Source: Gammaproteobacteria bacterium
GTDB lineage: Bacteria; Pseudomonadota; Gammaproteobacteria; UBA4575
Length of the DNA: 64,000 nucleotides
Assembly: GCA_965205275.1 (NCBI GenBank)
Contig: OZ242168.1
Location: 756,068-820,067, forward strand
Direction of reading: 5' to 3'
The number at the start of each line of letters is the position of its first letter. Positions within the stretch are counted from its first letter, which is position 1. The position numbers and the translations under genes were made by a program. Under the pieces are notes generated by a model that made no database searches, was not told where the DNA came from, and saw only the letters and a program-made list of their open reading frames with translations. This document shows, piece after piece, positions 9,833 to 20,677 of the stretch.

Positions 9833-10099
9833 ATGAAAGGCAAACGATTTACCGACGAGCAGATCATTTCGATCCTGAAAGAGCATGAGGCCGGCGCCAA
9901 AATGCCAGACCTGGTACGTAAGCACAATGTAAGTGAACAGAGCGTCTACCGCTGGAAGTCGAAGTACGCTGGTATGGAAGTCTCTGAGGCCAAACGCCTG
10001 AAGGAACTGGAGAGCGAGAACACTAAACTCAAACGTCTACTGGCGGATACGATGCTGGATAATGCGGCATTAAAGGAACTGGTCGGAAAAAAATTTTAA
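9833..10099 (+). CDS. IS3 family transposase OrfA
   Basis: 88 aa. HTH (...[14 protein letters not shown]...) and leucine zipper. Confidence 0.85.
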   Translation: MKGKRFTDEQIISILKEHEAGAKMPDLVRKHNVSEQSVYRWKSKYAGMEVSEAKRLKELESENTKLKRLLADTMLDNAALKELVGKKF

Positions 10100-10134
10100 C
10101 GCCCGCTGCCCGTCGCCGGGGTGTTGAGCATCTG

Positions 10135-10911
10135 GTGACGGCCAACCTTGCCAGTCAGCGGCGGGCGTGTCGATTGGTGGGCTTATCTCGCTCAGTCATG
10201 CAGTATCGACCGAGACCTAAGCACGATAAAGTCCTGTGCCAACGACTGAAAGAGCTGGCCACGCAGTATCCGCGTTATGGCTACCTGATACTGCATGGAC
10301 TATTGGCAGCGGAAGGTCTGGTTATCAATCGCAAGCGCACCTACCGACTGTATTGTGAGGCGAATCTACAGGTGAGAACACGACGACGGAAGAAGCTGAT
10401 ACGTCCCAGGATACCAATGATGATACCGGATGGGCCGGGGCAACGTTGGTCACTCGACTTTGTCTCTGACCAGTTGGCTTCAAGTCGGCGCTTTCGGGTG
10501 TTAAACATCATCGATGACTACAGCCGGGAATGTATTGGACAGATTGTAGATACCTCAATATCCGGTCTTCGATTGGCAGGGTTTCTGGAAGAGATCGGAA
10601 CGCTTCGTTCCTTACCAAAAACTATTGTGTGCGACAACGGTAGCGAACTGACCAGCAAGGCGATGTTCTTCTGGTCACAACAAAGCGGTGTGAAACTGCA
10701 TTTTATTCAACCGGGCAAACCCACTCAGAATGCGTTCGTGGAATCGTTCAATGCCCGCTTTCGAGATACCTGTCTCAATCAACATTGGTTTCGCAATCTG
10801 CCTGATGCACGATGCATCATCAATGACTGGCGACGCCACTATAACTATATACGACCACACAGCTCACTTGGCTACGTACCACCGGCTGTATTCGCACAAC
10901 AAGCAGCATGA
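10135..10911 (+). CDS. IS3 family transposase OrfB (integrase/rve core)
   Basis: Contains an HTH_21-like N-terminus, the DDE region (...WSLDFVSD...) and the C-terminal [10 protein letters not shown] motif. Expressed by a -1 frameshift from orfA. Confidence 0.85.
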   Translation: MTANLASQRRACRLVGLSRSVMQYRPRPKHDKVLCQRLKELATQYPRYGYLILHGLLAAEGLVINRKRTYRLYCEANLQVRTRRRKKLIRPRIPMMIPDGPGQRWSLDFVSDQLASSRRFRVLNIIDDYSRECIGQIVDTSISGLRLAGFLEEIGTLRSLPKTIVCDNGSELTSKAMFFWSQQSGVKLHFIQPGKPTQNAFVESFNARFRDTCLNQHWFRNLPDARCIINDWRRHYNYIRPHSSLGYVPPAVFAQQAA

Positions 10912-11018
10912 TATGATAATTTTTCCCTCACCAGGAATGGATCTAATTCAGGGGAAAGATCACGATATCAAAAGCAGTGAAGGTATAGGGTCGGTGGAGG
11001 CATAGTTTGGGGTGATTG

Positions 11019-11441
11019 CTAGGGCGTACCTGAATGCAAACTAAAAAATAAAAACAGCACAACCCCTGCTAAGATTACCACCCAAAATACAAGCTTGGGC
11101 AACACTTCATACAGTTCTTGCATCTGCATGTTTTTTTGATGTTGCTCCAGTTCCCGTGTCGCCGTATCTAGCTCGTCATTCAATGTATTTGTTATCCTCG
11201 TCGCCTCACGCAGTTGCTTCGAGTACTTCTCCGCTGCTTCTGGACCTATTTCCTTCACAAGCCTTTTCATCACTCCCCCATCCGCCTCCGCGAGCTTGCC
11301 CATATATTCCGAATCCATTTCCCCTAAGAGCTCCATTGTTTTTTCTGGACCCATTCGCTTCAGGAACCTTACCGCTTCTTCTAAATCCATTTGCCTCAGA
11401 AGCTTGATCACTCGTTCCGAATCGCCGTATTCCTGTTTCAT
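11019..11441 (-). CDS. hypothetical coiled-coil protein with C-terminal TM anchor
   Basis: 140-aa ORF in the AT-rich island. No recognisable motif. Confidence 0.3.
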   Translation of the reverse strand: MKQEYGDSERVIKLLRQMDLEEAVRFLKRMGPEKTMELLGEMDSEYMGKLAEADGGVMKRLVKEIGPEAAEKYSKQLREATRITNTLNDELDTATRELEQHQKNMQMQELYEVLPKLVFWVVILAGVVLFLFFSLHSGTP

Positions 11442-12012
11442 ATGTCACCTTTGGCACACCGATAATACTTTGTATTGTGGTCAGCGCTATTACTGATTGG
11501 TAAGTATCCAAGCTTAACCTCAAGGTCAGTAGAAATTTTGAGTGTTGATTTACACATAAAACCGGCCCTGGTTTAGAGTGAACCCTTGGTAGTGGAATAG
11601 CGTGCTTGTGGCTCTCCATGCTTCTAGCGCACTATCAATCACTGGATAACCGGCTTCCTGTTCCTGAAACCATCGTTCCTACTCTCTCTCAAAACCCAGT
11701 GCGTACTAGGGGGTCTTGATACATGGAGAATCGTATCTATTTAAACTTTCTAGGTTGTTGTGCAACCATGTCTAAGAAAACCGGGTATGATTCCTGACAT
11801 CTGATCCACATATTTATCTATACCTACTTTGACCTGGCTCCATTCATCTGGAGTAATCGTATTCAGGTTTTTAGGCTTAAATCCTTTATGTATCGTGACA
11901 GAACGCAGTTTCTCTTGTTTTCTAAATGCCTTACACTCTGCAGCATTAGTAGGGGTATGTAATATAAAGATATCAGTATCAAATGCTGCCACCGACCAAT
12001 ATCTTTTAAGTC

Positions 12013-12483
12013 CTAAAAAGCTTCTTGAAAACAGGCCAGATGCTTCTGTTGTAAACGACGTACAAGGACCCCCGTACATTCCAGATAAGCTATCACTTCT
12101 TGCTCTTTTGCCACCACAACGGCATCTAATCCAAGATCTACTGTTAGTTTATTAAATATCTCCTTCTTAGTTTCGTTTACCCTCCATTCGCCATTCTTAT
12201 ACACGATGAATTCATGAACATCCTCAAATGAAATGCCCTCTTTATCCAAATTGACCACGCTAAACAAATCTTCATTGGTAAGACTATCGTTCAAATTATC
12301 TTCAACCAGTTCCTTTAAAGGCCATATTTGATCTTCGTACGTCTTCTCAAAATTGTTGAATATAGTAGTGCCTATATGGGTGTGTACGGGATGTTCTCCA
12401 GCCTCCACAAGGACCCCGATTTTGCTTCTCGGTTGAATCTGAAACTCTGTAACTTCTGGAATACCCGTTACGTGTTTTAGCAA
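12013..12483 (-). CDS. hypothetical protein
   Basis: 156-aa ORF. May continue into the overlapping ORF 11750..12079 through a frameshift. Confidence 0.3.
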   Translation of the reverse strand: MLKHVTGIPEVTEFQIQPRSKIGVLVEAGEHPVHTHIGTTIFNNFEKTYEDQIWPLKELVEDNLNDSLTNEDLFSVVNLDKEGISFEDVHEFIVYKNGEWRVNETKKEIFNKLTVDLGLDAVVVAKEQEVIAYLECTGVLVRRLQQKHLACFQEAF

Positions 12484-12906
12484 TGTCCCGGATCCGCTGC
12501 TTCAATGCTACCTGCTCCACCCTGCGTGACCGGTACACCCAGGTCGAACGAGGCAGACGCAGCACCCCGCATGCCCGTCGGCCACTCACCCCAAAACAGT
12601 CCATCAACCAGCGCGCCAGTTCCTTCAGTCGCGCCGGCCTCAAAGCTTTTTTCGAATCACCTCCTGTAACATCTGACGGTCCAGACTCAACTCCGCCACC
12701 ATCTGCTTCAAACGACGGTTCTCATCCTCCAGCTCCTTCAAGCGGCGCACCTCAGAGGGCGCCAACCCCCCGAACTTCTTCTTCCACCGGTAAAACGTCT
12801 GCTCCGATATCCCCAGCTTGCGGACCACTTCCGCCACACTCATTCCAGCCTCATGCTGGTGCAGCGCATAGGCGATCTGCTCCTCGCTAAACTGCGACTT
12901 CTTCAT
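12347..12906 (-). pseudogene. IS3 family element remnant: intact orfA plus the N-terminal part of orfB only
   Basis: OrfA (12640..12906) has the HTH ...GISEQTFYRWKKKF... OrfB starts (MRPARLKELARWL...RACGVL...) but similarity ends at about 12480. No DDE core. Confidence 0.7.
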
Positions 12907-13048
12907 GCAAAAACCTCCTCACCCCACAGGGGCATCTTAACGAGAATTTTCACACTATGCCTGGACCAGTTTATGGGGAGAAGACCAAGTAGCCGCCACC
13001 CCGGTGTCTCCTTACGGAGTTATAGTCGCTGGTGCCATTGGGCATCAT

Positions 13049-13312
13049 TCATTTTTCGCGCTCGTCCAAGCGGTCGAGCATTTTATCAATGAGTATCGTG
13101 GCTTGCTTGCGGGTTGTGCCCTCCAGATCCGGGTAATCCTCGTCGAGTTGCATTGCTAAGCTCATAATTTTGGTCTCCTGTTTCCTGGTTATCTTGTCAT
13201 GATGCGTCTCGTCCAGCGCATGCTCCCGGCCCCTTGCACGTCCTATCAAATAGCTGACCAGAAACAGGGAGCCCACGAGAACCCCTGCAAGCAAGTACAC
13301 ATAAATGTCCAT
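13049..13312 (-). CDS. hypothetical protein with N-terminal TM helix
   Basis: 87-aa ORF. Confidence 0.3.
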   Translation of the reverse strand: MDIYVYLLAGVLVGSLFLVSYLIGRARGREHALDETHHDKITRKQETKIMSLAMQLDEDYPDLEGTTRKQATILIDKMLDRLDEREK

Positions 13313-13473
13313 AGGTCCCCTTTTGTTTAATTCCTGTGCCTAATTAGTCATGCAAACTCTTTTCCGGTCGCAGGATGCCATATACGCCTCAAAAAAGGCC
13401 GGTCTGAATCTGACATAGTACTCATCCCCATACGCTCGCCTGAGCGAAGTAGCAGCGATATAGCATTGACATC

Positions 13474-13968
13474 CTATTTCCCGCAAGCAGATAAAGCCTT
13501 TCTGATAGGACTGGCGGAACCTATTAGCCCAAAAAATACAGTACTCTCTAACATTCCAACATCGGTTCTAAATACCGCTTCTTCCTTTCCTGTAACCAAA
13601 GCATTGGCAAACCGTTTCGCATACTCACCAACAGCCATTAGAATATTAGGTCGGAGAACCCAATTCTCACTTACCACTTTCCCCTTATCTATTCTGTACT
13701 TTACAGGCACTAACATCTTCTCCGGAATGGGGATATGCAAATAGTCTTTTACCTGCATCGTCACTGACAGTTCCTTACTACTGTCAATAAAGCAATAAAT
13801 ACCAACCCAAGCGCGATCTGTGGCGCTCCTCATACCTGTCCTCACCGCATCAAACTCCAATGTAGCATCTACATTTTTCTTGCCGGTTATCTCATCCGCA
13901 GTTTCTCTATATTTCCACTCTGCGGAAGCATTACCAAATACCAGCATCATGGCCAGCGCAAAAGCCAA
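13474..13968 (-). CDS. hypothetical secreted protein
   Basis: 164-aa ORF. N-terminal signal-like hydrophobic segment ending ...ASA. Confidence 0.35.
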   Translation of the reverse strand: MAFALAMMLVFGNASAEWKYRETADEITGKKNVDATLEFDAVRTGMRSATDRAWVGIYCFIDSSKELSVTMQVKDYLHIPIPEKMLVPVKYRIDKGKVVSENWVLRPNILMAVGEYAKRFANALVTGKEEAVFRTDVGMLESTVFFGLIGSASPIRKALSACGK

Positions 13969-14236
13969 TCCTGGTCATGAGCGCGGTGTCTCTCTCTCAT
14001 ATTGCTATATTTGATTTGCCAGGTTCAATTTTTCAATACTATCGTAAATAAGTCCCTAAAAATTTCTTAGTATCTAGTGACTGGTGTTCGTCCCCTCTTT
14101 GTGGCCCGTGCCGGCCGGAGCTATTCGCCGTCAACACTGATTCATCCCAAAGCGCAATGAACCACCTTCCTCCTGGGACTCGAAAAATGTATTTAGTCTA
14201 TTGAATTTTATACATATTATTAAAATCAATTTTCAA

Positions 14237-14560
14237 TTATACCGCCACAAGTACCGACAACATTAAATTTGGGGAATTATATATTTTACTTGCCAATCGA
14301 TTTGTGCGGTCTGTGCACGCATCCGCATTTACACGCAGGTACTCCTCGATAAACATGTCTGTGTGCTTTGCCACCCAATGTAAAACATATTCTGGATCTG
14401 CATTGTGCTTTCTTTTGATCATGAAATAAGCGTTGTCAGACCAGTCCGGCTCCCACGTTATAATATAACCCGATTCACTGGTGGCATTATCTGTTACTCT
14501 TTTCCTGTAGCTGGTGTGTATATTAAATTTGTCATGCTCCAACAACAGTGTCAGATACAA
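14237..14560 (-). CDS. hypothetical protein
   Basis: 107-aa ORF. Its 3' end runs into direct-repeat copy B. Confidence 0.3.
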   Translation of the reverse strand: MYLTLLLEHDKFNIHTSYRKRVTDNATSESGYIITWEPDWSDNAYFMIKRKHNADPEYVLHWVAKHTDMFIEEYLRVNADACTDRTNRLASKIYNSPNLMLSVLVAV

Positions 14561-14651
14561 CGCGGGAGAAACTAAGTTGACGGGCGATGGATAGTATAAT
14601 CCCGCATCTTTCTGAATCGCCCCGGGTTTACCGGAGACTGTTTAGTTTGAG

Positions 14652-15547
<896 letters not shown>

Positions 15548-15548
<1 letters not shown>

Positions 15549-15868
15549 TACCTCGGTCGGCGGTCGAACTCCGCCTGGGCGAAAAAAGCCGCTGCCTTTC
15601 GCAAGATCTCATTCGCCCGCTTCAGTTCGCGTACTTCACGTTCCAGTTCCTTGAATTTCTGAGCGTGATCCGTCGTGAGACCGGACCTCCCTCCCTGATC
15701 AATCTCCACTTGTCGAATCCACTTTCTCAGTGTTTCCGGCGTACAGCCGATCTTTCCAGCAACCGATTGCGTTGCAGACCAACGCGATGAATGTTCATGT
15801 TCGCTGGTGAATACCAATCGAACCGCTCGTTCCCGTACTTCCGGGGCATAGACAGGTTGTGTTTTCAT
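15548..15868 (-). CDS. IS3 family transposase OrfA
   Basis: 106 aa. HTH (...IGCTPETLRKWIRQ...) and coiled coil. Confidence 0.8.
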
Positions 15869-16022
15869 AGGCTAATCCTCTCAAAGGTTTTAGCCTCCGA
15901 CAATACCGGGGCGATTCACTTTCACTGAGGAGCAATGTACGAGAAGTGAGCATATACCTATTGTCTGAGACTGCTGTCACTAAAAAGGCAAAACCCATAA
16001 CTGTTCAACGATTGTTGACCAG

Positions 16023-18149
16023 TTAGCGACCAATGCAGCAATGCTTGAACTTCTTTCCACTACCACAATAACAAGGGTCATTACGCCCTATCTTCGGTTT
16101 ACGTTTCATCTTTCCAGACTTCTTTGCAGCCCACCCTTCTGCTCTACGCGTCATCACTGGATCAACTTTCCACTTACCAACCAGTTCTGTACCCAATAGA
16201 ACAGATCCCTCTGGTGTTAAGGCAAGGCCGAACCAACTGTTAGCCCGCTCTGTATATTTCCTAAATTCGCAGTGCTGCTGCAGCCTAGACTCTACCCTGC
16301 TGTACGAGTCTCGGCTGCAGTGGATAGTCAAGCCAGAAGATAATTCTGAAATACCAATGACCATGTTGTGAAAGCTCCCATCTTCACCACATCGTTTCAA
16401 CACTTCTTCAGTGTATTCATTGATCTTTTTAACTGTACCCTCGCTTAGCTCCAACAACATGAAACCAAGATTGATTGCTACCGGCTCCGCCTTATACTCA
16501 ATTTCAGAAATGATACTTTCAAACCTTGTTCCAGCGAACCGGGTCAATATCCCATCCGGCGTCTCACAACCTGGAATGCCTAAACGCCTTACTGACATTG
16601 CAAGATCGAGATCCGATGACACATCATCAGCGATCTCCACTAGATCCATATTATTTTCAAACCACAAATTCCGTTTTAGGTGGTACGCTAGAACCGCATG
16701 CTCATGGTTTGTCATAATCTGATTACTGTAGCGAGCTCGAAAACTAAGGTAACTAAATAGCCTCAACGGGGAAGCCAGCATTTCGGTGACAGTATCTAGT
16801 GTAAAGACATCGGTAACGAGTGGCGGCACGATTTGCTCAGTTGATTTAACTTCTAAGAAGTGTCGAGTCTGAAAGGCCAAGGCCGGGTAGTGATCAGCTA
16901 CAACCGCTATAGGGAAGATGGTGTGAGGAGATGCAGACAGTAGGACTGGAATTCCGTCTCCGCAACTCAATTTAACAGCGGGATCGCAAAGCAATTCTGC
17001 ACACAAAAATGCCTGATCAACTGCAGTCTGTACTGCCTTTTTAAAGTCCTCTCGCAATACTTGGTCGTTACCTCTCCGCGCTTCGAGTGTCAGCCGTTTC
17101 GACTTCGCTTGCACGATAATGACACGATCCCCAAGTATTACTAAAACATCTATCTCTCCTAAGATTTCACCCTTTGTTTTTTGTATTTTTACGTTCTGGA
17201 AAACTCTCTCGGACCAAAATACATGTGACAACCTTTCGGCTGTGAACGATTCCGTGAAACTCCCTCGATGGCTAAACGCATCAGGTGTATATGAAGCATC
17301 GGCACACATCCAGTAGAACGGAGTCTCATAAAATGCCTCTGTTAGACCGTGGTATTGTAAAAGAATGTACTCATCGGCTCCATATTGGATGAATGGATAG
17401 GCATACGCTGCATTGAACGCACTTAATGAAGTAAAAGTGGAATTTCGCTCGTTTTCAGGCAATACAAAGGCTTTTACAAATGCCCTTACATCATCAATTG
17501 GTTGACCAATATAGCGAGAAAGTTCTTCACAAGAAAAAATAAATCCGGGGAACAGAGTCCATTCCTCAGGGGGAGTACCCCTCAAAGCATCAAGTGCTAC
17601 ACAAAGCCGTTGACTCAAAATTTCGGCAATACCTTGGCAAACAGATCTGCCTATATTCAAGCGGAGATTTTTGTTCTTTAGAAGCCAATCAGAATCTGCT
17701 TCGTATTTGCGAGGAGCAAGATCATGGTACTGAAAGGGATAGGCTGATTCTCCACCATAAAAGATTGGTTCGCGGAGGAATTGCCCAAACGTGTATTGAT
17801 CAGTATTGGATGAGACAACACTATCAGTACCAAGGTGGCCCGAAGGAGGTAGCATTTTTTGGTGGAGTTCTTCCAATAAGGTTTCGGACCGCTGAAGATA
17901 GTGGGAAAGAATCTCAGGTTCTGGAAGAGAAAAGTCTATCGGACCGCGCATGGTGAGACCGATAAGTGTTGTGATCTCAGTTCGGATCAGACGCGACTGT
18001 GAACGCATCCTATTTAAATCTTCGGGAGACAGAACATCTGCGAAATTAACAGCTGTATCACGAAAGCATATATAGGCAATGGTGTGAATAAATCCCTTTG
18101 AGATACAAAGGGAAGCCAATTCATTAAAAACAGCCTGCTCGGTGCGCAT
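16023..18149 (-). CDS. large hypothetical protein with a NERD/PD-(D/E)xK-like core and a C-terminal SEC-C zinc-binding motif
   Basis: 708 aa. GEIDVLVILGDRVIIVQAKSKRL resembles the NERD / restriction-endonuclease-like D...(E/Q)xK core. The extreme C-terminus DPCYCGSGKKFKHCC is a SEC-C motif. Gene is AT-rich relative to its surroundings. Confidence 0.45.
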   Translation of the reverse strand: MRTEQAVFNELASLCISKGFIHTIAYICFRDTAVNFADVLSPEDLNRMRSQSRLIRTEITTLIGLTMRGPIDFSLPEPEILSHYLQRSETLLEELHQKMLPPSGHLGTDSVVSSNTDQYTFGQFLREPIFYGGESAYPFQYHDLAPRKYEADSDWLLKNKNLRLNIGRSVCQGIAEILSQRLCVALDALRGTPPEEWTLFPGFIFSCEELSRYIGQPIDDVRAFVKAFVLPENERNSTFTSLSAFNAAYAYPFIQYGADEYILLQYHGLTEAFYETPFYWMCADASYTPDAFSHRGSFTESFTAERLSHVFWSERVFQNVKIQKTKGEILGEIDVLVILGDRVIIVQAKSKRLTLEARRGNDQVLREDFKKAVQTAVDQAFLCAELLCDPAVKLSCGDGIPVLLSASPHTIFPIAVVADHYPALAFQTRHFLEVKSTEQIVPPLVTDVFTLDTVTEMLASPLRLFSYLSFRARYSNQIMTNHEHAVLAYHLKRNLWFENNMDLVEIADDVSSDLDLAMSVRRLGIPGCETPDGILTRFAGTRFESIISEIEYKAEPVAINLGFMLLELSEGTVKKINEYTEEVLKRCGEDGSFHNMVIGISELSSGLTIHCSRDSYSRVESRLQQHCEFRKYTERANSWFGLALTPEGSVLLGTELVGKWKVDPVMTRRAEGWAAKKSGKMKRKPKIGRNDPCYCGSGKKFKHCCIGR

Positions 18150-18390
18150 TTATCAATGATACTTTCGTAGAAAATCAAATCTAACGGTTCGTCAGTAGAG
18201 CAAGACAACTTCATTCACACTAGAATCGAGAGTGAAATTTTCTTTTACAGTTGTGGTCGCAGTATTCCCCGAAGAATCATAACTCCTTATCCTTGTTCTA
18301 TTTTGATACTTACTTTATGGCCAATAATCTATCATTCCTAACCCTATACATTTGTAGTTCAAGATCATTGAAAGCTCTTTATTTGGACAG

Positions 18391-18999
18391 CTACTGGCCA
18401 TCGGCCAGATCCATTCCTGCGGCAGAAAACAACTGAAGCATGCGGCCAATCTCGGTAGGCGCCAGAGTTGTCGTCAACTGGGCCTGAATCTTGGCAACCA
18501 TTTCATGTAACGTCAGAATAGTGATTCGATTACCTCCTAGTGCATTGTGAAAAGGTAGGTGATTCTCCCAAATACTCTTCTCACCCTTGCAGTGTGTAAC
18601 TGCAGTAACATAGGTAAATCGATCTTCGCCCGTAGCATCCTTTATAGCCTTAAGAAAAGCTTCCGACCACTTTGGAACCGTTAATTCACGGAAAGCTCTC
18701 CATGCATCCCGACCTCCAAGGTTCTTCTTTTTTTCGATCGCGTCAATTGCGGAAGCGGGATTGAATCCTTCTTGCCAACTCTTGCAGCTGACAGCCATAA
18801 CTTTTTGCTCACCTTCTTTCTTTGGATGGTATCCAAGGACATCAATATCGCTGTGATTAGAATCCTGTTTGCTGACAAAGTCCGGATGGTCTTTGCGTGG
18901 CAGAAATTTGATGTTGTGTTGCACAAAATAGCCCTTGTGGACAAGGTACTCCTCCACAATCTGCTCGAGGATATCTTCCTTGGTTGCCAACTTAGTCAC
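18391..18999 (-). CDS. hypothetical protein, possible PD-(D/E)xK-fold nuclease
   Basis: 202 aa. SDIDVLGY...GEQKVMAV fits a D-x(n)-ExK arrangement. Weak call from motif only. Confidence 0.3.
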   Translation of the reverse strand: MTKLATKEDILEQIVEEYLVHKGYFVQHNIKFLPRKDHPDFVSKQDSNHSDIDVLGYHPKKEGEQKVMAVSCKSWQEGFNPASAIDAIEKKKNLGGRDAWRAFRELTVPKWSEAFLKAIKDATGEDRFTYVTAVTHCKGEKSIWENHLPFHNALGGNRITILTLHEMVAKIQAQLTTTLAPTEIGRMLQLFSAAGMDLADGQ

Positions 19000-19337
19000 C
19001 CTCAGAATAATTCATCTACTTTAGACTTTATCAAAAACAGCTTGGATAATTTACAAATTTTGTCTAGTGGACATCAGACATTTCTGTCGTTTGCTAAAGT
19101 TGACACATGCTTCCAGATAACTTAAAAAAACTTAGTCAAAGGAGTTTCTGGACCACTAGTGTCTTCTCCTTATGGGGAACTATAAGAACTCGAGTTAAGC
19201 AAGCTTATATCGTTGCCATGTGACGGCCACAAAGATTTGATTATAGTTTAGACTCGCGAAAAGCAATCCAAGAAAGGACATGCTGGAAGTCATTAGACCG
19301 GCCTGCGCATCAGAGCCAGAATTGAAACAATTGCCGA

Positions 19338-19784
19338 ATGGGTAAACAGAAGCACAACCGACAGCGCAAAAGGCAGCCAGTTGCCCTGTGTGCACTCTGC
19401 GGAAAGATCAAAAAGTTATGCAAATCGCATATCGTTCCGAAGTCCTTTATTCGGGAAGTGCGTGCTCACTATAAACAATTGCACTGGTATGACCTTAGGA
19501 AGAAACAAAAACCGATATACACGCAGGATGGATGGAAAGAGTACCTTCTGTGTAATACCTGTGAGCAACGTATCGGGCAATGGGAAAAGGTGGTGTGCGA
19601 AGATCTGCGTGGTGATGGTAAAGCCAGCGCGACTTGGAAAGAAGTTTCGTACGACGGTCCAATTTTGATTCCACGAGGTGTCAAACGACCCACGGGTTAC
19701 TACCTGAAAATGGAAGGCTGCGATTACGACTCGTGGCGGCTGTTCCTGCTATCATTGCTATGGAAAATGGACAAATCAAGACTA
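19338..19784 (+). pseudogene. HNH-like zinc-finger protein gene, 3' end replaced by IS insertion
   Basis: N-terminal C-x2-C ... SHIVPKS ... C-x2-C is a ββα-Me/HNH-like arrangement. The last roughly 12 codons of the ORF (LGRVNTNVTHRR) are encoded by the inverted repeat of IS copy B. Confidence 0.45.
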
Positions 19785-20599
19785 GGGCGTGTTAACACTA
19801 ACGTAACGCATCGACGATGAGCGCGAAGACAATGAATCCGAGGAATACCACGTCGAGTTTCTCGAATCGCGAGAAGACACGACGGAACCCCTTCAATCGA
19901 CGGAATAACCGCTCGATTTCATTGCGCCGCTTGTACATCTCACGGTCGTATTCCCAAGGCTCGACCCGCGTTCGCAATGGCGGTACCACTGGCTCATACC
20001 CCAGCGCCAAGGCCAGTTGTCGAGTCTCGTTGCCTTCGTACGCGCGGTCCATGATCAGTGAGGGAGTATCGTGCTGCTGACCAAGGCGATTCAGCAACTT
20101 ACGCCCTTCCGGGGCATCGTGGGCTTGTCCCGGCGAGAGCGAGAACGTGATGGCGGTTCGAGCATCTGCGGCAACCATATGAATCTTGGTGGTCCAGCCG
20201 CCGCGAGAGCGGCCGATGGATTGGGGGCCGTTTTTTTTAGCGCCCCCGTCCCATCGGGATGCACCTTCACAATAGTGCTGTCCATCGACATCGCCTCGAG
20301 TTTGATGCGCACGATCTGTTCTCGCTGCAGATGCTCGAATACTCGGTCGAGCACTCCGTTCTTCGACCAACGGTTCATTCGGGTATAGATGGTGTGCCAG
20401 TTGCCAAACCGTGTAGGTAACCCTCGCCATTTGCAGCCCTGTTCGGCGACATACAGTATGGCGTTGAGTACTTGGCGGTTCGAAAGGCTGACGTTGCCGC
20501 GCTGCACCGGGAGATGTAGCGCGATGCGTTCGTATTGGGCTTGGGTCAGTTCCATCCTTGGAGGATACCATAACTGTGCCCATTAGTGTTAACACGCCC
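19785..20599 (-). mobile_element. IS5 family (IS427-group-like) insertion sequence, copy B, identical to copy A
   Basis: Encodes the same proteins as copy A (7174-7988). Same 17-bp inverted repeats, TA on both flanks, same orientation. Start coordinate taken from the ORF-track offset. Confidence 0.85.
19798..20555 (-). CDS. IS5-family transposase OrfAB (copy B)
   Basis: Identical to the copy A ORFs (orfA 20091..20555, orfB 19798..about 20250). Confidence 0.75.
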
Positions 20600-20677
20600 T
20601 AGACGGCCTGTTGAAAAAGTCCTTTTGCATAGGCAGTTTGGTAGAATTGAAGGAGTAACTTCAATCACAGGAATTCT

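Larger units (their letters stand above)
9790..10926 (+). mobile_element. IS3 family (IS407-group-like) insertion sequence, apparently intact
   Basis: orfA plus orfB with an A7 slippery run (ggaaaaaaatttt) at the junction. Approximate inverted repeats: tgtgagggattttcc at the left end, ggaaaa...ccctcacca at the right end. Confidence 0.75.

Noticed and set aside
10730-11005. 91-aa ORF overlapping the 3' end of the IS407-like orfB and the IS right end
   Set aside because: Lies out of frame within and across the IS terminus. No motif.
18150-18390. Palindrome-like cacactagaatcgagagtg between the 202-aa and 708-aa genes as an operator
   Set aside because: Only the outer 4 bp are truly complementary. 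Not a real dyad.
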